Shown piece by piece: positions 40,310-54,453 of a DNA stretch of 64,000 bases (within the stretch, counting starts at the first letter, position 1; each line of letters begins with the position of its first letter). The position numbers and the translations under genes were made by a program. This stretch comes from Oikopleura dioica. Its lineage: Eukaryota; Animalia; Chordata. Below the pieces are notes generated by a model, which saw nothing but the letters and a program-made list of their open reading frames with translations, made no database searches and had not been told where the DNA came from. The stretch lies in NCBI GenBank assembly GCA_907165135.1, contig OU015568.1:15325208-15389207 (forward strand), in the 5' to 3' direction.

Positions 40310-41636
40310 TTCTGTAAATACTTCCTGCAATTTGACTAAATTTGTACATATCATATTCGACTTTTGATTGAGACTTCTTAAGGCCTCAAAGAAGAGATCA
40401 ATTTTTGACAGATATTATATATTTTCAAAATATTTCTGATTGTGATTTTTGATTGACGCCCCAGCAGAAATGGTGTCACTTTTATTGTCAAAAGTTTATT
40501 GATTGACGTAAATTCGATTAAAAAATCCACCTGGCTTGGGTTATTTGGACTCTATGATGTCTTCTAATTATCCGATTAATTGTCTGAAACATGCTCCAGA
40601 AAAGTTCATTGATTGATGTTTTTTTACTTCTTGAAATTTAAAAAGTGGATTTGATAAAGTTCTCTTCCTTGATTTCAAGTTTGTGAAATTATAATTCTTC
40701 AGCTGATTTTCGAGATGATCTGCATTGAAGCTGGACACGCGCTTGCTTCCGCCATCGGAGGTGCTACATCCGCCGTTAAAAAACAAAAATAGAAACAAGA
40801 TTTTATTTTTAGAACTATCCACTTCCTGAGGTATGTGACGCGTCTTTTTTGATAGCTTTTAACCGTAATGTGTCAAATCGAAAGTGATCTCGTTCAAGGG
40901 TTCATTTCATAAGAAAATGGTCAGCAGGTGAACGAAAAATGCTCACTTTTACATCTTCATACGTGGCCTGTGAAAGTCGAAAAATTTTTGACCTACGTAA
41001 GAGTGTTTCTGACTTGAAAAATGGGAATTCGGTTAGAACTCGGATTCTGTAAGTTAAGCCCTTGTAAAAATGAAGATAGAGATTTGAGATCTCACATTGC
41101 TCATTCTTTTGGAAAAAATTGAAGGGGAATTCCTAGTATTTCTCTACTTCTTTGCCAGCTTTCTTACCAAATTAAACGACGTCAAACTTGCCCTACAAAT
41201 TCATTAGCCCTTCAAATATCGTTTCATTCTTTCTCTCGGCCTAAACCTATTTCAACTAGGCGCGCTCTTCGAATCCTCGGGCGTATGGTTACTCAACTTG
41301 ACCGAACCAGCGCTATTTGAACAAGTTATTTATCAAAAAATCTGTTTCATTCCTTAATGCCACCCGTTTCCCAACCCCTTTCCATAAAGAGGGATCAATT
41401 TACAAGAGAGAACTAACGACCTGTGAAAAAGACAGAAGCAAGACCGCACGGCGGCGCAAGAATAAAGAGATTCAAGAAGAAATTCGTCGTTAAAGAAGAA
41501 GAATCATGGCAGAATTCTGAGAAGCATCGAAATTGCTCCGCAGAGATTTTTACGAAAAGTGCGCTACCTAGTCGAGCAAAATCCTCCTATCCCAACACGC
41601 CTCAAATAGATACATGCCGACAATACTCGTCTGTAG

Positions 41637-44600
41637 ATGAAATTCTTATTCATATTCTTCGGCTTGGCGGATTTTATACAAGCAGAGAAAACGACAGTAG
41701 ATATTATTGTTACAGTGCCTTTCAATCGAACCGACACTTTTGGCGAGACATATCCATTCAGCAGGTATTTTTCGAAATTTAATGAGTTAAAAATGACTGA
41801 TATAGAAAGTACTGTAGCTAGATTTTTCCTAATTGTAGACTCTTCTGTAGTTCTTATCAATAGGACAGTAGCTATAAATGAAGTGTTATTTATGCCCTGA
41901 GCTATCTTTAGTTTCACGCCATAAATTTTGGGCACAATGTTAGGTACATTGGGCACACGCCCTGACGTCATCGCCTTTTCACATGATAGGCCGAGAATGT
42001 GTCGAGCGTCAATAGACGGGAGTGCCCCATTAGATCCAAGGTTCAAGCATCTTCTTAGGGATTATGTCGAGCCAGCGCTGACCTGGATGAACAACAAGAT
42101 CAGCACACAGCAAGAAGAAGTCGAGTTCAACCTGACGTACAAGGACAGCAAGTGCAGCAAAGATGGAGTGGCCCTTTTCTGGGGCGATGAATTCAAACCG
42201 CCGCGACAAAACCCACTCGCTTTTATCGGACCAGTTTGCGAAGATGCTGCAGTTCAGGCTGCTCTCAGTGGAAAGCTCTTCCAATTTCCGGTAAGAAAAC
42301 AAAGGGCTACAACTGATAACAAAACTCTTAGATAATGACCCCTGGATACTTCGGTGCAAACAGCTTGCGACACAAAGAACAGTTCCCAACGCTTGTGCGA
42401 ACACTGCCTGGTTTTTTAGAAGTTGCGCTTTTTATTCGAAAGCTTTTTGAAACACTAGGTAATGGAATTCTCTCTAGCCTATTTCTTATTCGACTAGGTT
42501 ACGTTCAAAATGGTTGTCGACAGAAAATCAACCTTGTCTACGAATACGATCAAACAAACTTCGACTCCATGGTCAAATTCCGCGAGCAGCTTATCCACGC
42601 CGTCAATTTCGCCTTCCAAGAATACAACGTCGTTTTTGACGAGTTTATCGAGATTGAAATGAGCAAAATTGAAAATGATGACGATCGACTGATGTTTGAA
42701 TACACGCTGAGCAAAAAGGTTGAAAACATAATCTCAGGTAACACGCATGAGAAAGGAACTTGAATTGCCCTCTTCAGATGATGGGCGGCCCGTTTCGACG
42801 ATTATAATCGGCCACTACGATCTCGCCGAGGATATTCTTCGAGAAGCAAAATATCAAGGAAAATTAAATCGCGAAATATACGATTGGTTTCTTATAGGAA
42901 AGGGTGCCAATAGATCACTCAAGTTTTATCAGGTGTTTTTGACGTCTATAACGATAATGTGCTTTGGAAACCCAACGGAAAGACCTTCACAGCGCCTCGA
43001 CGTACTTGTCCCGTCACTGGCTTTATGACCGTAATATTTCGAAATACGATGATGACTTCGAAGAAGAAATTGAACTGGTTTCCCATCTCAATGTTATCAC
43101 GCAGTACCAAGATGATAGATACGCGGACGAAGATCAATCTCAAGACTATGCGAATTTTACTGAGTTTGTTCTTGAAGAATACGAGAAGAACAATGTTGAA
43201 TCTCCTCTTGAAGTAAGTAATGCACGATCTATCGCCTCATACTTCCCTCTATTCTTACCTGCTGGAGGAACGCTTTTTCTGAAACTACTAACTTGATCGA
43301 TGACTTACGCACCTTTCAGGAACCCGGGACGTTCCCACGTGCGTTTGCTGACACGCTTTACGTCTTCTATATACTGTGGCGCGATTTCCACCAGAACAAA
43401 GCTCGTTATGAATACCAGGACGCAGTGCCTCTCATTAATCAACTCAGGTAAAAGGTCGTCACTGTCAATTCCATGATCGACGTCTTCCTTTTTTAGCTGT
43501 TTTTTAAAATGATTCTAGGCACGGCTTTATTTCGAATGCTTTTGGCGAAGTGATGGCATTTGATGAAAACTTGGAGCTTTTTGGGAAATACCAAGTATTG
43601 CAATTCAAGGAAAAAGTGCTCAAATGGAAGGTTTGTGCTTTCATCCTTGCGCATATAATATTTTCATAGCAAACTGCTACACAAACGATGATCGGACAAT
43701 GCCCTGATTGCAAAATGAGCAACGTCCAAATCAAAGACAATCATCGATATATTGAGCCACTTGATTGCGCCGGAGTCGCTTCCAACACCCCACCGATGAT
43801 AATCGATAAGTACGAAGGATCGAGTACGTCGGACTTGTACGAAGTAAAATACGAACGCGAAAGCAATGAAATTAATACTGCAACTTGGGCTGGAGTCATT
43901 GGAGCCATGATTCCGACGATGGTCATCTTCATTGTCGGAAGCGTACTTTATTGGATTTATAGGTTAATTAATAAGCTAGCGTTCTTGTTGTTACATATTT
44001 TTAGGAAGAAAAAATATGCAATAGTCCTTGTCAGAAGCGTTTCAGAAAGTCGCCGTCAAAAACGCGCTAAAATGTCAAAAGAAACTTCGTCCCAAAAATC
44101 CTCTTGCAAGTCCAACATTCAGCAGCATGTCATACCAGTAATTGATCCAACGTTACAGCGAGTAGAATCAAATAGAACGTCTGAAGAGCTCCACGTTCAA
44201 CTACAAGTTCAGGTAAACGGGACTAAAAGAGATTATTTCGACTATTTGCTTGGGAATTGATTTGGAGATCAAAAAAGCTGATCCTTCAGATCTCGATCAC
44301 CATTTTGACAAATGACCACTATTTTGAGCGAGTTGTCAAAGATGAGTTACTGAGAAAGTATTCATCTGATTCATGGCGAAATATTTGGAAAACAATAAAT
44401 ATGTCAAAAATATAAGAAATTATACAGCCGATCAATTATCGACTACTCATTTTAACTCGTTCATTCATAGGACTCGGTTGAAGACATAGAAGAGATCAAA
44501 CCGCCAAAACTAAATAAAGAAAGCAAAAGTATATTAAAGGTAAACAGTCAATTACAGACCATTATAAATTCTTTCAAGAAAAATATGAAATCGCTGCGAT

Positions 44601-44666
44601 CAAAGTCAGAAGATAGCGAACTCTTCGATGAAGTCTGCCATTCGTTAACATTCGACTATCACTGAT
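41637..44666 (+). CDS. ANF/natriuretic-peptide-receptor-type single-pass membrane protein
   Basis: Signal peptide MKFLFIFFGLADFIQA, YKDSKC, AFIGPVC, EQFPTLVRT, TM segment WAGVIGAMIPTMVIFIVGSVLYWIY; 3' exons uncertain. Confidence 0.65.
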
Positions 44667-45003
44667 TACAGAACCATTTTGCTAACTTGTATATTTTTAT
44701 TATATTCCGTGCCCAGGTTGAAATTATCAGACATATTTTTTTTATAAAAAGTTTCATATCTTTCGCTCAATAATATTTTGTCTGAAACTCCTGCTTTTCC
44801 ACTGTACTTCTAAAAATTAAATGTGAATATGAAACCTTGTCACTTCAATCATTGTCACTCTTTTGAAGTCTGTCCTTCTTATTAGCAATATTATATTGCC
44901 AATATAGTTAAGAAGGTCAGTTAGTACATTTTGCCGATGAGATTATTCCCTGGAGTGGAAACCCAGCTCAAAATTAGCGGCTTATTCAGTAGATAAAGAG
45001 AGA

Positions 45004-45290
45004 ATGGAGTTGATGAGGGAGGGGTATCTTTTTGTTCACGACTGGTGCGATATTTGGCTTGGAAGTACTGCTTGAGACTTTTCTCCTTCATTCAATTTTT
45101 TATTCATAGTTGTCATCGTCGGCATCGTTGGATTCATCATCAGCCTGATTGCTCTCGTCGTTTACGAAAGACGAAGAAAAACATGCGAATTTGCTGATGA
45201 AATGAAGAACCTTCCTGCGTCGCCTGATAAATTGTCTGTAAAAGTATGTTATGTTTCCAAGAACGGCTCGATCAAGAATCGAGCTTGTTG
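45004..45290 (+). CDS. Small single-pass membrane protein (hypothetical)
   Basis: Spliced reading ...DIWL-(G)IVIVGIVGFIISLIALVVYERRRK...NRAC*; start uncertain. Confidence 0.4.
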
Positions 45291-45979
45291 AATTTTAATT
45301 TGTGATCTCTGCTGTGATATATTTTTAAGTCTACTCCTCACTGTAATCTTACTGCACCAGTGACTGAACCGTTGTCGGAAGGTGGTCTTCGGAAAAGCGA
45401 ATCTTTTATTCAATTATTCTACAGCCAGCTGAGAATATCTAAGATGTTTGAGTGAAGTACATCCAAACTACTAAATAAACTGTTTCAATGATTAAAAAAT
45501 ACATTGTTCCTCGAAGTTTAAAATTGAAGAATTAATCTCCTGTTCGAGAAACAATGGCGGCCTCTTCTCAATAATTTCCATTTCCCGTTTCTTGTCCATG
45601 AAAAGAGCTTACACCTGCCCAGTAAATTAGAACTTACGTAATGGCTTTATGTTTGACTTTTTGAATTGCGCTGAGACACATTCCAAACACAGGGGCCGTC
45701 AAAAAATTTTCGATTTTTCGGAGGCACCAAGCTGTTTTTATGGCGCTTCTTTGAGTGGGCTGTACTCAGAATCTCGAAATTTGAAATCAAAAATACTTGA
45801 AAATGGAAAACAACGAAGAAAATAGAGATTATGCGGGCATTTCCGAGAAGACGCGGGACATCCTCCAAAAGAGTAAGTTTTTGTTTATTTAATAAATATG
45901 CACCGTTGAAACTGTAGAAAGCAAGTTTTCATTTTACAGAAATGAGAAAAGAAGTCAAAGGCTTGAAATCCATTCCATG

Positions 45980-46112
45980 GCTAACTGGGCTCGGCAACCT
46001 GTGTAAAAACCTGTGTCAGGTCTAGATAATCTCTAATGAAAAGCGGCTTTTCATTAGAGATCTTTCAGACCCTGACTCAGGTTTTCTACACAGATTGCCG
46101 AGCCCAGATAGC
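45980..46112. mobile_element. Palindromic MITE family copy 2
   Basis: ctgggctcggcaacctgtgt ... acacagattgccgagcccag; inner atctctaatgaaaagc/gcttttcattagagat. Confidence 0.8.
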
Positions 46113-46959
46113 AAAAATCGGGGTGGAATCCCATAAGCTCGAGCAAATATTTTCCGCGGGTGTGACATTCAACTTTGACCGTTACTTCTCCAGTTGTGCC
46201 AGCATCGGAGGAGAAAATTAAAGTCCGTGCTAGATTTCACAATATCAGAACTTTCACTACTAGTAGAGGAAATATTCGTCCTAAACTTGCTTTCTGAACT
46301 TTTTAATAAAAGTGCCTGAAAGAAAGATTTTCGGAGAATACTTGGTCAGAAAGTTTTTTGAAGCAAAACTTATCACGCGTTTAGTGAAATTGCTTACGTT
46401 TACTAGCAATGCTCATTGCAACCAAGACTTTTCCTGAAAGAGAGAAAAACGGTTAGTTAGGGTTGACGAGCGGTTACGCGGCGATTCATTGGCTCAATGA
46501 ATCTTCGTCTACCGTTAGAGACATTTGAAGCTGGGATCGCCCCTTTTCTTTCAAATATCTAAAAAGGCCGAAGCGGATTTTTTTTTATTTTTGTTTTATC
46601 CTGCTCGTAATTTCCAGCGCGTCCTCATTCAAAATCAACAGAAATAGGCATGTCCTGATTTCTAGTTGATGATGAAGTTGGTTCTTCAGACTTTGAGGTA
46701 AAATTTTGAGTCTGAAAGTCAAAATACCGCTGCGAAATTACGAATTAAAATTGACAGGACAGGGAACTCAAACCTTTATCTATCGGGCAGTCAGTTATTT
46801 GAGGATAGCCACTGTCGGATAAATGGAATTGTGAGAGCTTGCATTTGAATTGAACTTGTTCATACATTGCTAGAAAATAGAAGTGAAAGGGACAATGAAA
46901 AAACTACCGTGAGGGAAAGTGAATCTTATGACTTTTTGATGATCGACAGCCAGTGAAAA

Positions 46960-49382
46960 TGAAGCTGGAATTGATCGCCCTTTTTCGTAAAGATCAAGCT
47001 CTCTGAAAAGAGGAGATCTAGCTGGTTTTGCTGCCCATTCCTAAAATCATTCATTTGAGCTTTTTTTTATCTTCGTTTCACAAACATCGAGCGAGAACTG
47101 ATCATCTTCTTGTAAAAGCGACTCTGCGCGTCTTTTAGGAAAGTGGGACTCGTAGAATTGCCAGGGAACTGATTTGAAGAATGGCTTTGTTTTCAGCGTC
47201 TTTTTTATTCGTCGACTTGTTACGATATCGACCAAGTGGTCGGCTTCGTTGATTGTCGCGATGTTCCAGGACGAATTTCCTCCGTTTTTGAAATCGGTGG
47301 TGAAGTCATAACCTTTTCAGGATTGAAATTGCCATGAATAAATTGAGCGCGAAGTTCGTATTTCCAATCCGATCCTGGAAAGTACTTTTCGTGGTATTTG
47401 CAAACGCCTCGCACAACTTTACACTGAATATCGTGTTCTGAATCTGGGTAATCAGCCAATTCCGGAGACACAAAATGCCTCGGCAAATATCAAATATTTG
47501 GCAGATTTTGACCTGAACCAAACACACTCGTTTGAATAAAATCGCATCCGCGTCGGGATCGTTTATTTCTGGGCAGCCGATTTTCTGGCAAACTTCTGAC
47601 AAGTCGTGGTGCATAAAATAGTCGAAGATAGTCTTCAAAATGTCATCTTTTGTGGAGTTAGGAGCGATGACGAAAGATTTTGCATCAATTTTTACGTCTT
47701 CTGGTTTTACAACTTCTTTCTTTTCCTCAACTTTTGGCTCTTTTTCTTTTTCTTTTGACGCTTGCTTCGGTTTCTCCTTCGATTTTTCTTTAGGTTTATT
47801 TTCTACTGGCTCTTCAATCTTTTCTTCTTTTTCGGGGACGTCTACTTTTGGAATCTCTTTCTGGTCCTTCTTTTCGACAATATCGTCGATCATTTTTTCT
47901 TGCTCTTCAACCATTTTTGCCTTTTTTTGAGCTTCAAGAAGCTCAACAGCATGAATTTGTGAATTTCTTCTTTTGAATTGAGCAGTTATTTTGTATCTAA
48001 AAATTGTCTAATTTTTTTCCATTCATTCAAATTTACCTGAAAATCTCATCATTTTTCGGCCCCGCTGAAATTTTTAAATCACACATTGTCGAAGTAAAGA
48101 AATCCAACCGCACAGTGTTTCCTTGTATCGACAGCCCAGGTTTTGACTTATTTCCACCAGATCCTGGTGGTGATGTAAGAGCCGGGCATATTTTGAGTTT
48201 CTTCGGATTCTCCAGCTCTATTAATATTTTGTCTCCCTCCAAAACATCGACGTTTATCTCTCTTTATTGAAGATTTCGTACACTTTCAAAGGCCTATTGA
48301 CCGCTCACGTGAACTTGGCGGAGAAGTCCTTTCTTTTTCGAGTTTACAAAACTCCTGGCGGCGAAAATCCTTTCCTTTCGGGGTGGCTTTTGGGCACAAC
48401 AGCGTGAGAAAATGAGTGAGCGGAGAGTGCTAGCTGCCGAGAGAATGCTTCTTCCTGAAGATTTTCTCCTCCTTTACTGCTTATGTACTTCTTCCAATGT
48501 TTGTCGACAGAAAAGTGAGTAAATTGAAGAATATGAGTCTCGGTATTTATCAATAGATTTCTAAAATCTTAAAAAGTCAGTGTCATGTCAATCATTAATT
48601 ACCAGGTACTTTTGAGCTTGATTGAAGAGTATTCGCTAGTTCGGGATCATAAAAACTCCAACTTCCATCGTCGATTTTGACAAGTGCCCAGCTTGACTCC
48701 TGAGATTGTTGCTGGCCATAGTTGATTGTGTATTTAGTCAGACTGAAGATTCTATTGAAATCGAAATCATAGAAGACTCACCCCTTGATAACATGGAAAT
48801 CGATTCCAATCTCATTGATTATACTTGTAAACAAGACCGTTCTTGAATACTTTGCATCCATTTTCTTGAAAAACTTGTTCCACTTGAAAACTTCTTCAGG
48901 CGCAATCGTCGCACTCAGATCAAAGGCCATTTTTGCTATTTCAGTGATGGTTACTGCATCGAAATCATCACATGGCAAAAGGCCCATTTGATGAAGCAGT
49001 TCATTCAACAAGTCTTTTTTGATGAAGATTGAAAGCTTTGAAACTTCTATCCATTCGTCTGTCTTACATAGAGTCGGATGGTGGGCGAATACTTGAATCA
49101 TTAATTTTCCGGGAATTTTTCCAAGAACATGGAGGCCAATGTTTGCATCTTCGTCTAGATCTCCGTCAATGTCGTCCACATCGTTTCGGATGTCTACCAT
49201 TTTCTCATCATAAACATATTTAAATTGAGCCTTAATTTTTTCAATAAAAGAAAGGTACTTGCGCGCACCTGTTTAGCTCCTCGTCGATGCATGGCGAGAT
49301 CGACCCTTATCGTCTCCCAGACATTCATATAGATAATTTTATCTGGCTTGTCTTCGTCTTCGGATACAGTCATTGTGCACAC
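46960..49382 (-). CDS. Multi-exon hypothetical protein with Lys/Glu-rich linker; N-terminus weakly PIH1-like
   Basis: Chain of minus-strand ORFs joined by GT-AG introns; both ends uncertain. Confidence 0.45.
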
Positions 49383-49660
49383 GTGGATAAAGCTCTCTTG
49401 GTTTCAATCTGTTCTGTCTCTTATCGACACCGGAAATATAACGACAAAAGTTGACGAAAAGGGTAGAGTCAGTTGGTCAAGCGAGTGGATCCTCGATCTA
49501 CTGCAGTGGGTCCAAGGGACGCGTCATTGACGCCTCAGCCACGTTTATAGTTCTGGCCATGCAGACTAAAAGCTTTCATAAATCAACTTGCGAAAGTGAC
49601 TCTGAAGAACTACTTCGTGAAACATAAACTTCATCGCGCTTATTTTAACGTTTTATTGTA

Positions 49661-52231
49661 GTGTCTGAAGCTGATAAGAAAAAGTCGGAAGAAGATCAAA
49701 GCAGCACAGCAAACAAAATAGAAAAAATTTCTCCAGCGCAACAAATCGCTGAGAACGAATGCCAACCGGAACCATCCGAGCTTTCGTCAATAGATCCAGA
49801 CGATACCCTCAATGCCGTGTTCTCTCAGGTACTCGCTGTGTTTAGTTAAGCTGCCATTGATATCCATTTCATGGCGCACTAGTGAAACCAATAATTTTCA
49901 AAAAATATGAAGGCGCAGAACATTTTGAACGAGAATGCGAATGGATCAGAGTACAATTGGAAGCTAAACAGGCTGCTGAACGACTCGCCAGGGGGCAGAT
50001 TTGATGATGAAAGTAGAATTGGCTCTGTTTTGGATGGACTGAGTCAGGTTCAGAGCGATTTAGGTGAGAGAAAACGCCTCTTTTAGTGGGAGAAAAAGCT
50101 TTTTGTAGTGAACATTGACGACTCTGTTTCTCAAGTTGCTTCTCGAGAGCAATCGCGCCCTGCAAAACAAGCAACTCCAAGAGTGCTCAACGAGCTACAA
50201 TCAAACTTCACAGCCGACACAGGTGCGCTCTTAGCTATCAACCCAGAGTCCATCGTCATCAAGCCTCCAAAATCGTCGATTATGCCGCAGAGCTTGGCCA
50301 GTTTGAATACCGTCAGGATGGGTTTCGATTTAAGTTTATCAATCATATTTATGCTTTGTCTTGAATGACAGAGTCGATATAGTATCTTGGCATGGGCTGT
50401 CGATATAATAATCGATTTGATTACGGGCCGCCCATAAAAAGATCCTATCGATGTTTACACTTTCGACACTCTAAATAAGAACTGACGACATTGCAGCTGA
50501 GTACAAAAAGATGCAACAACGGCTCAATAACGAGAAGAGACTCGCCGGCATTCCTGTCAGAGAATTTGACGAAGTAAGCATCGATTCCGACCTCAATTCG
50601 GTGCAGACGGAGATGGTTCATCAGAAGTTTATGGAGCTTTTACGGAGACCTGGGGGTACTCTGCCTACTCCAGCTGCTTCCGGAAGCAAAACTTCTTCGA
50701 GAGCCGTCAGCACAGTGAGGTCCAGACCTGTTTCATCAAAGCCATCAACAGTTCGATCTCGTCCGAGCTCTCTACCTCGTTCTAGAGCAACTTCCGGCGG
50801 TGGCCGCTCTTATCGAGTAGATCCCGACATTGAAAGCGAAAAAGTCAAAGCCGAGCTAAACCTCCTTTACGTAGAGAAACGCAAAGCAGAATCCGAACTG
50901 CGCTCCATCAAAACAGAGATTGAAGAAAAGGAAATGTCTCAAAATGAGCTTGAGAGTTCAATGAAGATGGAAAATCTGGAGCTGTCGTCAAAATTGAGCA
51001 CGACGCAACGCGAACTGTTCAAGACAAAGAAAGATTACAGAGAAGTGATAGAAGACTTACAGTTGGCACTTGAAGAAATGACGAGAAAGTACGAGGACTT
51101 GAGAGAAAAACGTTCCACCGTTAGTGTTAGCCGAAGCGATGCCGTTGTCAACTTGGCTACATCGAACAAAATTCAATCTCTCGAAAAGCGTATTCGAGAG
51201 CTAGAAGTCTCGGTAGAAAATGAGAGCGCAGAAAAGAGAATTCTTCAACACAAAGCGAATCAACTCGAGCATCACCATCAGCAACAATTCTCTGAGAACA
51301 TTGAAGCTCATCCTGAAGTCGAAAGATTGATCATTAGCAAACGAGCTGAGTGGATTAAAGAGCATGAAATCACCATCAACTCTTTACAAAACCAACTCTC
51401 CGGTAATTTTTTCATCTCAAATTGGTATCAAGCAGTAGTTGTTAGGCGCTAGAAATCACAATGCTGAGATGCGATCCCGTCATCAAAGCGAAGTCGATAA
51501 CTTGAAATCTCAATTGGAATCTGAAAGAAGCAAAAACAGTCGTCTCGTTGCAACGAACGAAGAGAATCTTCAAAAACTCGAGCAGGTTTTCGCGACGTTA
51601 TATTTTTTATATCAATCTTTGATTAGGAAAATGAGATATCAAAATCTAAGGAGCGTGAATCGATGGAGAAAAAACTAAAGAAGCTCAATGAAGTTATCGT
51701 GAAAATGGAAAAAGATAATAAAAATAAGGACGAGTCGATTCGGCAGCTCTGCGCGAAATGCGATAAACTCAGTAAAGAACCAAATGCTTTAGCTAAACTA
51801 AGGTAAAAACGACCAAGTGAAAAAATACAAGATTTTCTTCTTCAGAAAGTACATTTTGAAGATTTGCCCGACAATGAACGTCAAAGAAATTGACAACATC
51901 GACAGCGCCCTGAGGATACTAGAAACAGCGATAAAAAGCTCGGCGGGGGATGAAGAAGTAAGGACGCGTAAATTCGAGCGTGAATTAATATTTAAATTTT
52001 AGACCTATAAAACAGAACTGGCGAGAAAAGACGAAGAACTTAGAAAAATTCAAAAGAACATGGCTCAGTGGAAGGTTCGACTTCTTGTTGATATAAAGCT
52101 CAGACTAACTCCTTTCAGAAAAATACCTCACGAAAACTTGCCCAAAAATTCGAAGTCGAGCTTCGAAGACTCTCCGAAAATGCATCAACCATGGCTGAAA
52201 GCGAATCTGGTTTCGCTTCAAATGTCAATTA
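49661..52231 (+). CDS. Long coiled-coil protein with Ser/Arg-rich linker
   Basis: ORFs at 49661, 50108, 50511 (313 aa), 51439 and later exons with canonical introns; first exon not located. Confidence 0.6.
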
Positions 52232-52393
52232 ACTCTGCTTTCCTAATGAATCTTTATTTTTTTACCTGTCAGATAATAAATTATTAGTAAACTTGACTTC
52301 CTACAGAATCTGCTATCAGTATAGCATTTTTGCATATCAAATTTATTTAAATAAAGAACTATCAATGGTTTTGCAAGAAAAAATCTCCTTTAG

Positions 52394-52778
52394 CTAATGG
52401 TGATTTTCATAAATTTCATGTGCAACGAATCCACCAGATATGGCTCCGATGATGAATCCGATGATGGCCATGGTGTTGAGTTTTGTCCCTAATGACTGAC
52501 AGCAGCTGAAACATCCCCCTAAACAGTTTGAGCTCGTCTTTTTTCTTAGAAAAACTTGAACCTGTTTCACCGCCGTAATGATAACTCTGAAATCTCGAGG
52601 CTGGTGACGATCCCATGACTCCTTTGAATGTAAATCCAATTATGTAGATGGCCAACGGGAAACAAAGAGAACCTATCAAACCAGAAATCAGAATCCAACT
52701 GAGCATAAATCGTCCTTCCATATCTGACGGCCAGAGCTCATCTGAGTCGTCCGATAGGGACTCAAAACGCAATTTCAT
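52394..52778 (-). CDS. IFI6/IFI27 (ISG12)-like small membrane protein
   Basis: IGFTFKGVMGSSPASRFQSYHYGG-ETGGCFSCCQSLG across one GT-AG intron matches the ISG12 motif. Confidence 0.65.
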
Positions 52779-53486
52779 CGTTTTTTTTCTCTAAATAGAA
52801 TATTTCTAATACAGAATTAGATTTTTCTCTTGGTTTTCTCGTTTCATTTAAATTTCTTCATAAATTTTACAGCTTTGCGTAAGACGGAGCTTTTTTGAAT
52901 GAAAGGTCATCAAAAAAACAAGGTCATAAATAACAGTCTTATCTAGAAGAAATTAAGCGTTTACCCTAACATTATGAATTCTGTTGAAAATTGTCGGAAG
53001 ATCGCTAAAAATTCATGAGTTGATCAAATCATCGGCCACTCGCAGGTGCCTTCAATCAATTCTAGCGCCCTTCTTATCAAAATCATCTTCGAAGCAGCTG
53101 TTTTACGTTTTATAAGATAAGGGTGGCCGAAAATCCATCAAATAACAACAACCAAAATAACCGAGAAGAAAATATCAAAAAAATGCTCCACCAAATTTTG
53201 CCTTCAGAAGAATGCAAACTCTACTTTCTCTGCTGCGCTTTGTTGCTCTTCATTGCCAATGGAGGATGGCTTTTGATGCCGCATCTTGGATTCTGCCTCG
53301 TTCTTTATGCAAGACTTGCAAGTTCAGCTCTAAACGATAACTAGAATCTTTCGAATAAAATCATATAAATATGATACCCTTTTTTCCCACATCCGCATAA
53401 TTGCACTTCCATTGATTATCTACAGTAGTAGTAGTTTGAATTGACATTTATTTACTCATCAGACTTTGAAGAAGTTTCAAATGTAT

Positions 53487-54453
53487 TTACACTATTATTT
53501 TTGCAAAGATTGCAGTTTCGCTCTTTTCAAAAGTGTTGAACTTGTACCAGCCGCGTTTATGGAAGCGAAGGGCTTTTGCTGTGTTGATTTTCAATTTGAC
53601 CCGCCGTTTGAGATCAATCATTTGAGTCATGTCGCGATTGAGATTTGGCGCTAGAAAAACAGGCCAGGCGCAGCGAAGTCGATCGTCGGTATTCTTGACT
53701 CGATGATAAACCGCTAAAGTATGGAAATGGAAAATGCCTCGTGTTAATGAAAACCTTTTGCGTTTCCGTCTGAAAGATGTTCCATCAAAGTGCCGATATT
53801 GACAACAATGCAGTCTTCCATAGGCTTTACCGGGTACCAATCGCCTTTGTACTCTATTTCTAACCCATCGGCTTTGTCTTGCTTTAGAATCGTCATGAGA
53901 CAGTTGTCAAAATGAGGACTCGATCCCCACATTCCAGTTGCTGTCTTCTCGTAAAACAAAGCATCGATGATGGCTCCATTTGGCTCGAAATGGTCGAGCA
54001 AAAGACCTTTGGGTAGATTGAGAACTTCTTCGCATAGCTCAAGAAGCTTTAGGCCAAGAGTGGAGGCGCTTTTTGAATAATCATTGAAGAGCACGTCGAC
54101 CTCTTTTTCGTCAACTTTGATCGACTCATCATTCCTCAAAATAGTAAAGTTTGTCGACAAATTTTCACCCACAGTGAGTTTGCAAACGCGTTCTTTGCAA
54201 AAACGGTTCCTTCAGTTGCCATTTTCCCTTCGAAATTCTCGACTTTCGTCCTTTCTTCCGCTGTTGTATTGTAAAAGCTGTCAGAAAATTTTGCCAAGCG
54301 ATCAGTAAGATTCTTCGGAATATCATGATTTTTGAGATAGAAAAGACCAATATCCGTGATTGCCTTCAAGAACTCGTTTTTAGTTGCTTCATCTCTCTTT
54401 TTTAAAAGCTCGAAATCAATAACCGGTATTTTAAATGTAGAATCCTCTGACAT
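53487..54453 (-). CDS. 2-oxoglutarate/Fe(II) dioxygenase, IPNS/DIOX_N type
   Basis: IPVIDF...IGLFYLKNHDIP, PHFD (HxD), QDKADGLEI, VVNIG, AVYHRV. Confidence 0.88.

Noticed and set aside
42898-42932. Additional GA-AG intron in the ANF receptor gene
   Set aside because: The frame is ambiguous because of a nearby probable indel, so it was not counted in the stem pattern.
53123-53344. Small membrane protein ORF
   Set aside because: GTG start, no recognisable family and no supporting splice structure.
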